In this document: positions 38,201-50,090 of the stretch, piece by piece
Numbering within the stretch: the stretch's first letter is position 1
Layout: each line of letters opens with the position of its first letter
Assembly: GCA_021432655.1 (NCBI GenBank)
Contig: MU271445.1
Coordinates: 1-64,000 of the forward strand
Direction of reading: 5' to 3'
Origin: Atractiella rhizophila
Lineage: Eukaryota
DNA: 64,000 nt
Made by a program: the position numbers and the translations under genes
The notes under the pieces: model-generated
The model's database searches: none
Seen by the model: only the letters and a program-made list of their open reading frames with translations
What the model was told of the DNA's origin: nothing

Positions 38201-41200
38201 AACATAGCATCACCCTTGCTGTGAAGGGGAATCCACCGTAACCTAGCGGAAGATTCCTCAACAATTCCAAGACCATAACGCTCGCCAGTATGCAGCGCCG
38301 CAACTGGGGCAGGTCCCCAAAGATCACAATCGATTCGTTCGCCTTTCGCATACGAATTCGACGTAGGAGTCACTCGATTCGGACGAGCCCTCCAATGCCT
38401 AGGATCGATCCGGCCACTCTGTCCCGTTCTCATACCCAGATCATCCAACACGACCTCAGGCCGGTGGGTGAACACGCTATGGACACGTATAGTGTACAAC
38501 CTCCAAGAGGGATTGTGTCTGAGCGATATCCACATTTCAGCGGCAGGGTCTTCTGCAACCCTGATGGCGACGCTTTTGGATCAGGGAGCATGGGATTACG
38601 ACAACGTCAAAAATTGGCCTGGTACCATTTCCCCCTCGGGACACTTTGTCATCATGCCTGACCAATGCATTTACTGCCTGCGGATAGACACTTGTCTTGA
38701 GCATGCCCGGTTCTGATTACGCCAAAGGCACGAGAAGAGGCGAGGGTAGCTGCTTTCAGCCAGATGGCTATCACGATTAGGACGAATGTGGTGCCGTTTT
38801 ATTTCAGTACCCCGAATCAGAGACTCGTTGCCGGCGTCGCGTCCGATACCACAGCTTCTGCTTTCCTTATCAGCACTAGACTCCCCCCATCCTCCCAGGA
38901 TCCTATCAATCCTGGACCAGATAGAAGATACGATGGGGATATGGATGGCTACCCGATTTTCGAAGGGGACAATGCTTATTGGCCATCTTATGTTCAGGCT
39001 GCCTATGAACAACGTCGATGGGATGTCCCCCTCCCTTCCATCGAGTGATCTTACATCCACCACCCCTTATACATCCCAGGCTATACCTTTGATGAACCAG
39101 TTCTGGATTCGACTCCTCACTTCCTATCCTGCGCAGTGTATGCTCAAGATGGGGAAGCTTCTCTCAAAGTGACCCTTGCGACTTACACTGACGAACAGTA
39201 CATTGCGTTCGAGTTCCTTCAAGATCAGCAAACTGAACCGACCTGGACCCCGTCTCCCACCACTTCCCGCCATTCTGCTTTCTTTGTTTCTGCTTCCGTT
39301 TATTCTGCCGACTCTACGTCTTCTGCATTTTCCGTTGATTCTTCTTATAAATTATGTTCCATGCCTACGAACTTTCACAATACTTCTCTTTATCGACAAA
39401 CTTTTGATTCTTACAAATTGCCTACTTTCTTGCTTTCTTCTTTGGACTAGCCTGCTTGCGTTGTAAACAAGCGCCTTCCCGTTGATGTTGCGGCTAATGT
39501 CGCTGCTGCTTCTTCTCCTTCTTCTTTTTCTTTCGGAAATGATTCCAACCCTCGATTGACTCCTCCTGTTCCTCCTTTTACTGATTACGATGCCAAAATT
39601 CCCAACGGTGCTCACCGATTCCTTAACCGTGATGTACCTGGCGTTGATACCATATCCATCTCGACTTTCGTGGACTCCGCTGCAACCGTACCCATGTCTG
39701 GCTCTCCTGATCTCTTCCAAGACCTACGACCTATACACCCTCCAGTATTTGTTGGTGGTGCTTTCGGGAGCAGTGGTTTTACGACAAACGCTGGACGAGT
39801 CTGCCCTCTGCTTGATGACGTCAGCGGTCCCCAAGTTTATCAAGCGAATTTCAGTACTGGTCTTTACGTCCCTGGCCTTGGCGTCACACTCATATCCCAG
39901 CTGGATCTTATGAAACGTGGCATCAGATTTACCAACACTCGTGATCGATTGCTTTTCTGACACAAAAATGGTGTTCACTTTGGGATGACCAGTTTTGGAG
40001 AATGACAAATCGAGCGGGAGGCAAATGCCCCTTCCTTACCTGTGAAGGAGTACACGGCTCATGCTTCTGCACTTGTAGCTATGACTGCTAAGATCTGGCA
40101 CGCACGTTTCGGCCATATAGGTTCTAAGAGATGGCATGAGCTGTGTACTGGGAAGTGGACGAGATGGAAAGTCTTGATGAAATGGGCCTGATGGACGAAA
40201 ACGAGGTCGGGAAGAAAATCTCTGATAGTAGCCTCGGTCTGCCACATCTGGATAAGCACCAGCACCACCGTCGCTGTCCATAACCCCAGAGTATACCTCT
40301 ACACTCTTGAGCCCGGAGCATCCGACCTCCATGACCCCTCTCACTTCCCGAGCACGCCCTGCATCCTTGAGCCTTTCAAAGCATTCATTGAGGTTATCCC
40401 TGGTGACCTTGTTCGGGTCTAGAGCAATGTCACGCCATGTTGACTCGAGAGAGTTGACAAAAATTATAAAATGAACAGGTTCAGAGAGTACATATTGAGA
40501 CCGGGAAGACAATACATCGGCGTAACGGCTGTTCCAAAGGGAAATGTATCCAGCGACATCAAGAGACGGATCCGTGGATTGACGAAGATCACAGAAATCG
40601 GCCCAAGCAGAATGAGACAAAATGGACTGGGCTTCACCGTAGAGAGAACGCAACTTCGCCACGATTTCAGACACAATTTTCATGTCCACAGGAATTTTGT
40701 TCAGCTCCTGTCGCTTGAGGCTTGCACGCAACACCACGACCCGCATTTGTATTTCGAGTGTCCCACTGAGTAATATTCACCTCCCATGCCCTTTTCGCTG
40801 GTTCAGACGCACCGTCTCCAGGATATACCGATTTCGTGTGAGTATATCTGTTCTCCGGCATCCAGTCCAGACAAAAACGATACACCATCAACCTTTTTAA
40901 ACCTGGAACTATCGCCTTCCACCAAGCATCGAAACCGGCTGAGACTTGGGGAACGCCGTCGATGATGAGATTCCCATTTCCTCCACCAACCGGGTAATGG
41001 GGTATGTCCATGGAGTAGGAAGTCGAGAATAACGGTTCAGTGACGGAGGGGGAGGGCTGTCGTGGTAATCGTGTCCAGAATATGCAAGGAAGGTTGGTGC
41101 GGGGGAGGGTCTCGGTCATCAAGTGGGGTGGGTAATCGATTGTTGGACATAGACAGGACGAGAACGCAAAAATTGATATGACTGATGGAATTTCTGATAA

Positions 41201-41286
41201 AACTGATTGGACTGATGTGACTAATAAGACTGATGGAGAAGCATTGACACTTGTCGACCAGAATACGTGTGGATGTCGAATTACCA

Positions 41287-41300
41287 GGCTCTCGCTACCA
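41287..41300 (-). other. Primer-binding site TGGTAGCGAGAGCC
   Basis: Immediately follows the 5' LTR and begins TGG (complement of tRNA CCA). TGGTAGC matches the ...GCUACCA 3' end of fungal initiator-Met tRNAs, as in yeast Ty1. Confidence 0.8.
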
Positions 41301-41449
41301 TGTGAGAATGGGCCGGATCTGGATCCACAGCATACACGAAGATGATGGTGAAAACGCTGTGGATCCCGAAGGCAAGACCCTAACCTTAACCGTAACTTAT
41401 ACAAGCATTAAAAGCGTCTGAGTGCCAAATGAGAGCCATATCTTTCACA
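41301..41449 (-). repeat. 5' LTR (149 bp)
   Basis: TGTGAGAATGGGCCGGATCTGGATC...GAGAGCCATATCTTTCACA, with terminal inverted TGTGA/TCACA. Confidence 0.9.
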
Positions 41450-43043
41450 AAGTTGTGACCAAATTCCTTTGCAGCACTCAACAGATCTTTGTCCAAGTTG
41501 ATTTTGTCACAACCATTGCAGGAAAATGTTATGTGAAGTTCTGCCGAAGGAGGAAGAGATGGAAGAAATTGAGACCAAGTGGTCGCAGTTTGCAAGCATA
41601 TTCCAGAGGTAGGAGTGGAGAGTGAATCTTGAAGGCGCAGAGTTTTCACTGCATTGAAGAAGTGGGGTGGAAAACATTTTGAGGCAGTAAACCATGGCTC
41701 GACTTATCAACAGACAAGGTAGTGAGAGTATAGTCAGGATCCCCAGTGAAAACCATCTAAATGCACCCCTTTGAGAGCAAAGTTGATATGTACTGTCTAT
41801 TAGTGAAATGACAAACCTTGTATGTATAGCCCCAAGATCGCGCTTTAGAAGAGTCAGAATGAGCAAATCAATAGGCAGTAATACTCAATCTTCTGGAGGG
41901 GAAAACCAGCTGCCATCACATGAGAAGTAAGATTTGAATTATTAAATGAAGTTCCTGGACACATCAGGCTGAGAGTAGAATAAATCGAGGAAGGAGATCA
42001 GTGACGTCCATACTCCACCCTTGAACTTTAGAACAGTGATAGAAGGGACCGTTATTGTTGGAAAAATGGTTTGAGGAAGCCTTGTCCAAGTAGTCTTAGG
42101 TAGTGTATTCAACACTTTAATTGAAGAAAAGGGTGTGCTAGGGATGATTTGGACACATAAACCCTTCCCAATTGATCATACCAGCTGTTAAGATGATATT
42201 TGAAAATGTGATAGAGGTGTTTATTGTCAACTAGTGCCCAAACCAGATGACATCACCATGACAAACTAGAAGATCGAAAGTGAGGGCGACATTGATGGAC
42301 GACATTGATGGGCGACATTGATGGACGACATTGATGGGCGACATTGATAGGTATTAGAGGCAGGTTATGACTGGTGGACCGATATTCTGGAGATAAATAT
42401 AGGCAGTGTAGGGATTGAGAAATATTGGCAAGAAGAAATAGAAGTTTCTGAGAAGGTGAATGAGTGATTGTTAAGTGAAGTTCGAATATGGGCATCAGGC
42501 AGAGTTGAAGAAAGCTATGGAGCTGGAGGGACTGATTGAGGATCATCACAACAGTCCTGGACAGCTTGCATTCCGAATGCCAATCTCCTTCTAAATACCA
42601 GCCATAATATACCTTGTAGACCTTGAGAAAGTGCCTATAATGCATGGGATGACTATGAGGTCGACTACCCCATCCTCCACAGCTATGAATGTATAAGAAT
42701 AAAATGTCACGCACTCCTGAATCCAAGGTAGGGAAATGAAGATCCCATTGATGGTGGATGACAAGATTTCAGAGTTAGCCTCCCAACAAACGGATAATAT
42801 AAATAAGAAAAAGCTGGTAAGTTCTTGATAATTAGGCATCTGGATTGATATAGTACACTCACAGATACCTATGCCTAAGGTTGGAGGTGGATTTATGGTG
42901 AAGATATCCCAGAAACATTATTCTTCGTGAGAAATAACAGCGCGAGGAATTAGGTGCTTGAAAATATTGGAATAAGGCAGAATGGTGCTGTTGCACTGTT
43001 CGGAAGAGTGGCACTCACTAGAATTTGGAAGAGTAAGACATTT
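41450..43043 (-). pseudogene. Decayed host-like gene remnant (LRR-like leucine patterns), interrupted by the copia insertion
   Basis: Fragments LQLHSFLQLCLMPIFELHLTI, LANISQSLHCLYL and KTLRLQD...AELHITF. The reading frame continues at 34987 once the element is removed. Confidence 0.3.
42284..42348. repeat. Minisatellite, 5 x 13 bp GG(G/A)CGACATTGAT
   Basis: Five consecutive units alternating G and A at position 3. Confidence 0.95.
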
Positions 43044-44659
43044 ACATTTATTTGAATAAAATGATTTTAAAAATCCAAAGTTTTGTAGTAAATGTCAAAG
43101 AGAAAAGATAAGTAAAATGAAATGTACACTTAGTCTCATTAATTGGAGATACATGTAGGAACAAATGTGGTTTAAGCATTAATAGTTATCTTTCTGCCAG
43201 CAATGTGAACAAGAGATGAAGTTGTATCATTAAAGCATGAGGGTAGTATAGAAATATAATGCTTGGATGACATAAGAAACACTCTCATACTGCTTGTTAT
43301 GCTTTAATGGTCAAAATAACAGTTCATGAGCTCCTAATTCCACTGACAACAGAGGATCTGTTTGAATTTAATTCTCTCTTCTCTGTAGAACTTCTCTTTA
43401 ACAAAGTATCTGTACACCATGAGTGGACTCTAAGATTGTCTCCAAAAATTATCTGAATCCCAAACAACTATTCTTGCTAATATAAAGGCAATGAAGACAG
43501 TCATTAAATACTATTCCCAAGACATTTACAAGCTTATAACCATAAAAAAAGACATTAAGGACATTAAGGAAAACCTCAAGGAGCTGAAAGGAGAGAAGAT
43601 GTCAAGAAGCTAAATCAAGGAGTGGTGAAAGTAACAAAAGTGTTGATAGTGTATATTATATGTACTTATTTGTTGAATTGGGTTGTTTATTCATTAATTT
43701 TATCTTTGAAGCAAGACCTATAAAGGGTCTGGAGTCTGTCATTGGTATGAGAAAAGAGGTGATAAGAAGAATCAAAGTCAATCTAGGGTCCAAATGAAAC
43801 AGAGTTTGAAGGAAATGCAGCTGTAACTAAAGTCATTTCAATTGTTTTTTCTAATATTTGATAATTGGCTATTTAATACTTGGAAACACTTTCTCTGAAC
43901 AAATAGTTAAGGTTCGAAATTGCAGAGACCAGTCGGTCTTTGTCATATCAGTCTGGGTATGGTCAAATCTTCAAAGCGACAAGCTAGCCCCGCAAAAACT
44001 CTTCCCCTTGAAGAGCTTCTCTCATGATTTCACCACGATTTTTGAAAGCAACTAGCATGGTGCCATCCAATCCTCCATGTTCAAAGGTAGTGATTTGAAC
44101 CAATAGAAGAAACAAAGCATAAAAGAGCACAAAGAGAAATAATAGTTCTGTTGACTATGGGGGAAAGAGATATGGTGGGGCATCTGCTAAGGGGAGGGGA
44201 TAAGGAGGGCATTAAGGAATGTTAAAAAAGAGGAGAAGTGGAGGGGCTGACGGGGGGAAATTTAGTGAGAAAGATTAGTACCCAAGAAAGAAATGTGGAG
44301 TTATGGAAATGGATGGTGGGAGTGCAAACAGGCAACTAGGCGCTGACTTGTACAAGAATGTAAACCTGATATTAGTATGAGAAGTGTTCTGAGAGAGTTT
44401 AATAAAGCTTTCATGAATTCATACTATTTATAACAATTTAATAATCCCGTTTTAGTGTCATGAGATAATGAAGTGAACTAGTTATCAAAAGTGTTATCGA
44501 TATTCAGATTTAGAAATTTGTTATAGAGCAGGATTAAGTTTATTAAGTTATTCTGAAACGACACCATGAAGTGACAAAGCAGGATTGGCGTATATTAACT
44601 AGGAGCTGAAGATACTATCAACAGTGAGTTATCAAATCTTGATAAGGATAAAGGAGTTG

Positions 44660-47600
44660 TGTTGGAGTGCTGTATTTGGAAACTGTAAACAAGTCTCTAC
44701 ACCAGGCTATGTACTAAGTCACGGAAGAAAGTCCATAGGCTTTCTTCTTGGAATCTCTGTTTACAGTACACCCTTGTGATATTGTCAGACAGTCTTTTGG
44801 ACTGCTTTATCGCATAGCAGCTTCCACTTTCGTCGTTGAAAAACTCAATGATATGAACCACGCAACATGGTCCGAAGAAATCTTTGCCTTCCTCCAGATG
44901 AAACGAGCAGGTAGAATCATTCTTGGAGAAGCAACTTGAAGTGGAGAGAGACAGACAGATTGAGATGAGCGAAAAGAAGCAGCCATAGGATATCTATGTC
45001 TTTTGATTGAGAATAGTCAGCGACATCATATCACTGACCTCACGGATCCGAAGCTCGTTTGGGAAAAGCTAAGAAATCCGTGTCAAGCCTGAATGCAATG
45101 CTCGATTTAATGCTTTTGATGATCTTCTCGATATTCGCAAGACGGCAGAGATGTCAATGGAACAACTCATTATGAAAGTCAATAAACAAATCAGTCTCAT
45201 TCAAAAGCTTCGTCCAACCGGTTATACCTTGGCAAAGATGGATAACGAACTTGCGATCATGACCCTCCTCTGTTCCCTTCCCTTATGATTGCAGAGGTGG
45301 AAGATGCGTTTAGGCAAAGGGAAGGAGAAAAGAAGAGGTCAGAAGCAAAGTCAGAAATGGCTATGCATGTCCAACCATCCTTGAAGAAGCTGCCTACGAC
45401 TATATCGAATAAACCTCCTACAAGCATCAGTTGCACATTCTGTGGATGCAACAATCATACTGAAGCAGAGTGTCATTGCAGAAAGAAGGCCCAAGATACC
45501 TTCAAAAAGGAACCAGAGGAAAAGAAAGGATGGCAAAGGCAAAAGTTGCCAGTGGCTCAAAGGAGGAACCATCATCTGGTGACTCCGAGGAAGAAAATAA
45601 AGAAAAATTGAAGGTGGTGAAGGCTAGAAAGACTGCCAGAGTACGAGCATTACTTGTGAATGGAGAGAAGACAAAGGCTGATGTAAGATGGACGGTAGAC
45701 ACTGGAGCCACACTCCTATGATGCCTCAATGCCATTGGATTCAGAATGATTACCAGAACCATCGCATCCCGATCGAACTTGCAGATGGAACCATCATCTA
45801 CTCCGAAGGAAAAGGATCGATATATTTCTGTTCAAACAAACAACCTACAAAGCCAAAAGTTATCAGAAATGTTCTCTACGTTCCAAAGTTAAAATCAAAT
45901 CTCCTCTCAATCTTCTCCCTAAAACAATATGTAATTGTTAAGGATCTGGTTAAAGATATGCACACGGATAACAAGACAGGATTTCCTGAGATGTGTGAAA
46001 GTTGCATCAAAGGAAAACAACATTGCCATCCATTTCCCAAATTGTCTACCAGCAGAAGCTCACAAGTTCTTGAGCTTGTTCATACCAATTTGAAGGGACC
46101 TATACTGGTTAGGACTGCAAGGGGATTTCGATATTGGATGGCGTTTGTAGAAGACCATTCCCAATACCCGTGGGTACGCCTTCTCCGAAAGAAAAGCAAA
46201 GCATATCAAGCTTTTCGTGACTTCAAGGCAATGGCAGAGAAGCTGACTAGGCAGCAGCTTAAGAAAATCAGAGATGATGTGGGGGGAGAATACTTCCTCC
46301 CTTGAATTTGACGCATTTCTCAAGGAATCCGGAATCATTCATTAGCAGACTGCTACAGCATCTCCTCAACAGAATGATGTTGCTCAACGTATCAATTGAA
46401 CTCTTGAAGAATGAATCACTTCAATGCTCTTGGAGTCTAGTCTACCACCCAGCTTTTGGGGTGAAGCACTTGCTAATCTTGTTCACATTATCCGAAGACT
46501 GCCAACACGGGCATTGATGGATACAACTACACCATATGAAGTACTCTTCAAGAGAAAGCCTTCAGTATCACACCTCTGAGTGTTTGGATGCACTGACTAT
46601 GTTCTTATTCCCAAAAAGGATAGACGTCCTTTTGAGTCAAAGGCTGCAAAATACATTTTTCTGGGATATGAAGAAGGTGTAAAAGCATGGAGATTCTGGA
46701 ATCCAGATAACCAGAAGGTGATAGTCAGTCGTGATGTGATCTTCGATGAGTATTCGAATCGTAGATCGATAGCTCTTGAACAAACATCTCCAACGGCAGA
46801 TGTCCCTGATCTGTCTAAAGGCAAGCCTGTTGAACTTGCCCAGGACGAAGATGAAGATCAAACATCTAGATCAATTCCTACCCTCTTGCCACAAGAAGAG
46901 TTCCCCATAGCCAATACTCTAGAGCAAGATAGAGATAAACCTTAAGTTGCAGTTAGGCCTCAAAGACAGCATCAACCTATTCACAGGCTAAGCTATGATG
47001 GTTCTACGCAACACAACGTTGAGGTGTCTATGCAAGCTGGTGATTCAGCTGCAGGAGAGAAGCTGTTGCACTGGGCTATGAATTCTATTGTTCCATCCTC
47101 TTATATCAAAGCTGCTAAAGACCCTAAATGGGTGGGAGCTATGGACATAGAACTGGCATCTCATGAACGGACCAAATGTGGGAACTGCATCCTCGACCAA
47201 AGGAAAAGTCAGTCGTTGGTAGCAGATGGGTGTATTCTGACAAGATACTACCTGAGGGGGGGACAAAGCCTAAGGCTCATGTCGTGGCACTAGGGTACAG
47301 TCAAATCCCTGGAATAGACTACGATAAAGTCTTTGCACCAACAGCACAATCGGCAGCCATCCGTGCCATTTTGTCCCTGGTAGCCATTGAAGATCTCGAG
47401 TGTGAGACAATGGATGCAGTCACTGCTTGCCTAAACAGTGATCTAGAAGAAGAAGTCTTTGTGGAACCTCCTCCTGGTCTAGATGTTCCCGAAGGCATGG
47501 TGTTGAAATTGAAGAAGTCACTTTATGGCCTTCATTAATCAGCACATTGCTGGAACAGAGACCTTGATAAGACACTTGTTGAGGATGGTCTATCTTGCTA

Positions 47601-48115
47601 TCGCAACACGCCTTGAAATAGCTTGGGTTGTGGATCACCTTGGGAAAATTTCTTTTAATCCAGGGCCTACGCATTAGGAGGCAGTCAAGAGAGTTTTACA
47701 TTACCTGCAGACCTCGAAACATTATTGTTTGGAATATGGCCTACAAAGTGAAGGGGACTCCCGTCCCTTTTTCTGTGGGTACACAGATGCAGATTATGTA
47801 GGAGACTTAGACACACAACGATCAACATTGGGTTTTGCCTTCTTCTTAGGCAAAGGACTGATCAGTTGGAGTAGCGATTTCAGATACTGTCCCACAACAG
47901 AAATGATTGCAGACATCTTTACAAAATCATTAGAAAAAGGAAAACATGAATATCTCTGCAGTTTACTATCTTTGGTGTCAAAACCAAGCACTGCTTCATC
48001 AAGTGGGAGAACAACTTCTTAGTTTTTGATTTTTATGAGTTTTTTGATTTTGCGATTTCAGCATCACTGTTTTGTCGAGTAGGAGTGTTGGAGATAAGCG
48101 ACAAACTGTGACAAC
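44660..48115 (+). mobile_element. Decayed Ty1/copia retrotransposon of a second family
   Basis: gag VEKLNDMNHATWSEEIFAFL, Zn knuckle CTFCGCNNHTEAEC, protease WTVDTGAT, integrase CESCIKGKQ...IRDDVGGEY, RT LKLKKSLYGL, and RNase H GYTDADY...EMIADIFTK. Short similar ends TGTTGGAG...AAACTGT at 44660 and 48086. Confidence 0.9.
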
Positions 48116-48306
48116 TATGGTCACATGAGTGCCCTGCGATGCCCCGCAATGCAAGCAAGTGACAGCGACAAAGTCAGTTTAAGGAGCAACGGGTCACATG
48201 ATCAAGTTCCAAATTTCGTTGTTCTGAGCCGTGTAATTCCGTTCGTTTCTTACTCCATCCATCCATTACCCACTCATCCCAATCGTCCCTGCAGTAACAA
48301 GCAACT

Positions 48307-49691
48307 ATGGAGGATGAATCCACATTCACTCTGCGCCTGGCATTCTCCCAAGGGTCTTATTCATCTCTCCTCACATATCCATACTCCTCCCCAACTCCAA
48401 CTCAGCAACTCTACCACGCTCGTGCACTCCTTGCATTGACACCTCCCAAAATTCCTGAAGCGCTCGATCTCGTATCCGGAATTGATACACCAGATGCAAA
48501 AGCGCTCAAACTGCTTTCTAGTGCTTTGAGAGGGGAGGACGTGTCAGCGAGCGCAAAGGCGCTTCTTGAAGGCCTAGAGCCAGTTGAAGGGCGAAGAGCG
48601 GACGGTGAAAGGATGGTGAGAACGCTATGTGCGTCCGCAAGAGCTTTGGTTGGGGGTGAGGAAGGGAAAAAGGAGGCGTTAACTTGGGCACGGGAAGGCG
48701 AAAATGAGGAGGATGAAGAAGCGTGAGTATTGTCGTCGCAAAGCACTTTGATGTGGGCAAGAGGGATACGTGACTTAAAAATGTCGCCACATCGTTCGCG
48801 CACGTTCAGTGTGCAATGTAGATCTTGAACGCCTTCTTTGTCTGTGCCTAGCTCGTGGCTATATGGTCTAGGTCATTAGCTTGCACTTCGCCCAAATAAA
48901 ACGACCCTTCTTTGCTCTGCGATGATGTGCTTCATTTCTTCGAGCTATTTCTCTTCCTGACTAGATTCTGACAACGATCTTGGATCAGGGTGTCTCTGGC
49001 TGTAACTGTTCACCTCCTCCTCAATCCACCAGCAACTTCCGCCGCAGCTTCTCTCGTCTCTTCAGCGAAGTATCAAGATTTTGCAGCAGATTCAGCCTTT
49101 TCACAAATCACGAAGGCGCGGTTGGACTTGTTTACTGGCCCAGCGGATAGTTATCAATCTGGTGCGTCGAGCTTTTGTATTACTGTCACCCAGCGGTAAA
49201 AGCTCACGAGATATTTGTCGCAGCTTATTACGGGTTTGAAGAAGCTGGACAATCTAGCGGTAGCAAGTGTGGGAGGGCCATCGCGCAAGCCGCCCAAGGC
49301 AGATGGGTCGAAGCTGAGCAGGCGCTTACCATCGGTGATGACGTTTGTCTTCTTTTCGTTTTATTCAAGTCCAAGGGACCTGCTGACACTTAGGCGCAGG
49401 CTACGGCAGATCAGCTTGCTAACGCAATAGCAATAGGACTCCCGAGCGGAAAGAAGTTGGAGGACGTTGAGAAGCTCTTCGAGTGAGTTTTATGCTTGAT
49501 GCCTGCGATCATCCCGCTTGAATGCAAACCATCGATCCTAACGCACTCTGAGATCTCTGACTAACATGTTCCGGTCTTCTAGGAAACTCAAAACTGTGCA
49601 GCCATCGCACGCTTTGCTACAAGACTTCGAAGAAAAGAGCAAACTTTTTGATGCAGCGGCTGCAAGATATGGCTCTGCGGTTGAAGTCTAG
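48307..49691 (+). CDS. SEC28: Coatomer subunit epsilon
   Basis: Pattern FTLRLAFSQGSY...LYHARALLAL...EA|VSLAVTVHLLLN...YQS|AYYGFEE...AQGRWVEAEQAL...HALLQDFEEKSKLFDAAAARY. Stop TAG at 49689-49691. Confidence 0.8.
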
Positions 49692-50090
49692 ATGCATTCG
49701 TCCATTCATCACATACAAAGAACAAATCCATGTGCATTCTCCAATATCTTGGTACTTTGAGGGTGCAACGTAGATCCTGGTAGATCCATCGTGGCCACAA
49801 GCGTGCATCCGATCCCTCTCCATCGATGATCCTCCCACAGTTATTATCCGGGCCCGCTATGATCTCATAAAACTCCCTGAAATTTTTGGCAAGGAACCAT
49901 TTCTCGAACGCTACTACAGTAGAAACGTTAGAGGCTGGGATTAAACTATAAGGAAGGCAGTGAGCGTTTGGTCGCCTACTCTCTGCGACAAAGCTGAGCA
50001 TTTAACATCAGTCTCGTTGGGTTCCTCGCTCACGGCCATAGCGTCCATGGCTGAATCTTGAAATCAGGTCTGACACTTGCTCGCCACATT

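Larger units (their letters stand above)
34988..41449 (-). mobile_element. Ty1/copia LTR retrotransposon with both LTRs and TSD; internally inverted and non-functional
   Basis: TG...CA termini with 5-bp TSD AAGTT at 34983-34987 and 41450-41454. Contains gag (~40160-41010), integrase (CDLWGP, RSDNGGKF), RT (35831-37174) and RNase H (AISSTEAEY, stop 35442). Confidence 0.93.

Noticed and set aside
42284..42348. Regular short repeats considered as a CRISPR-like array
   Set aside because: No unique spacers, eukaryotic context and no cas genes; it is a minisatellite.
43900..43940. GGTTCGAAAT B-box/T-loop-like motif suggesting a tRNA
   Set aside because: No cloverleaf or A-box can be built around it; I found no convincing tRNA or rRNA gene in the window.
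48119..48201. GTCACATG matches the budding-yeast centromere CDEI consensus
   Set aside because: Point centromeres are specific to Saccharomycetaceae, no CDEII/CDEIII follows, and the motif is better explained as a promoter E-box.
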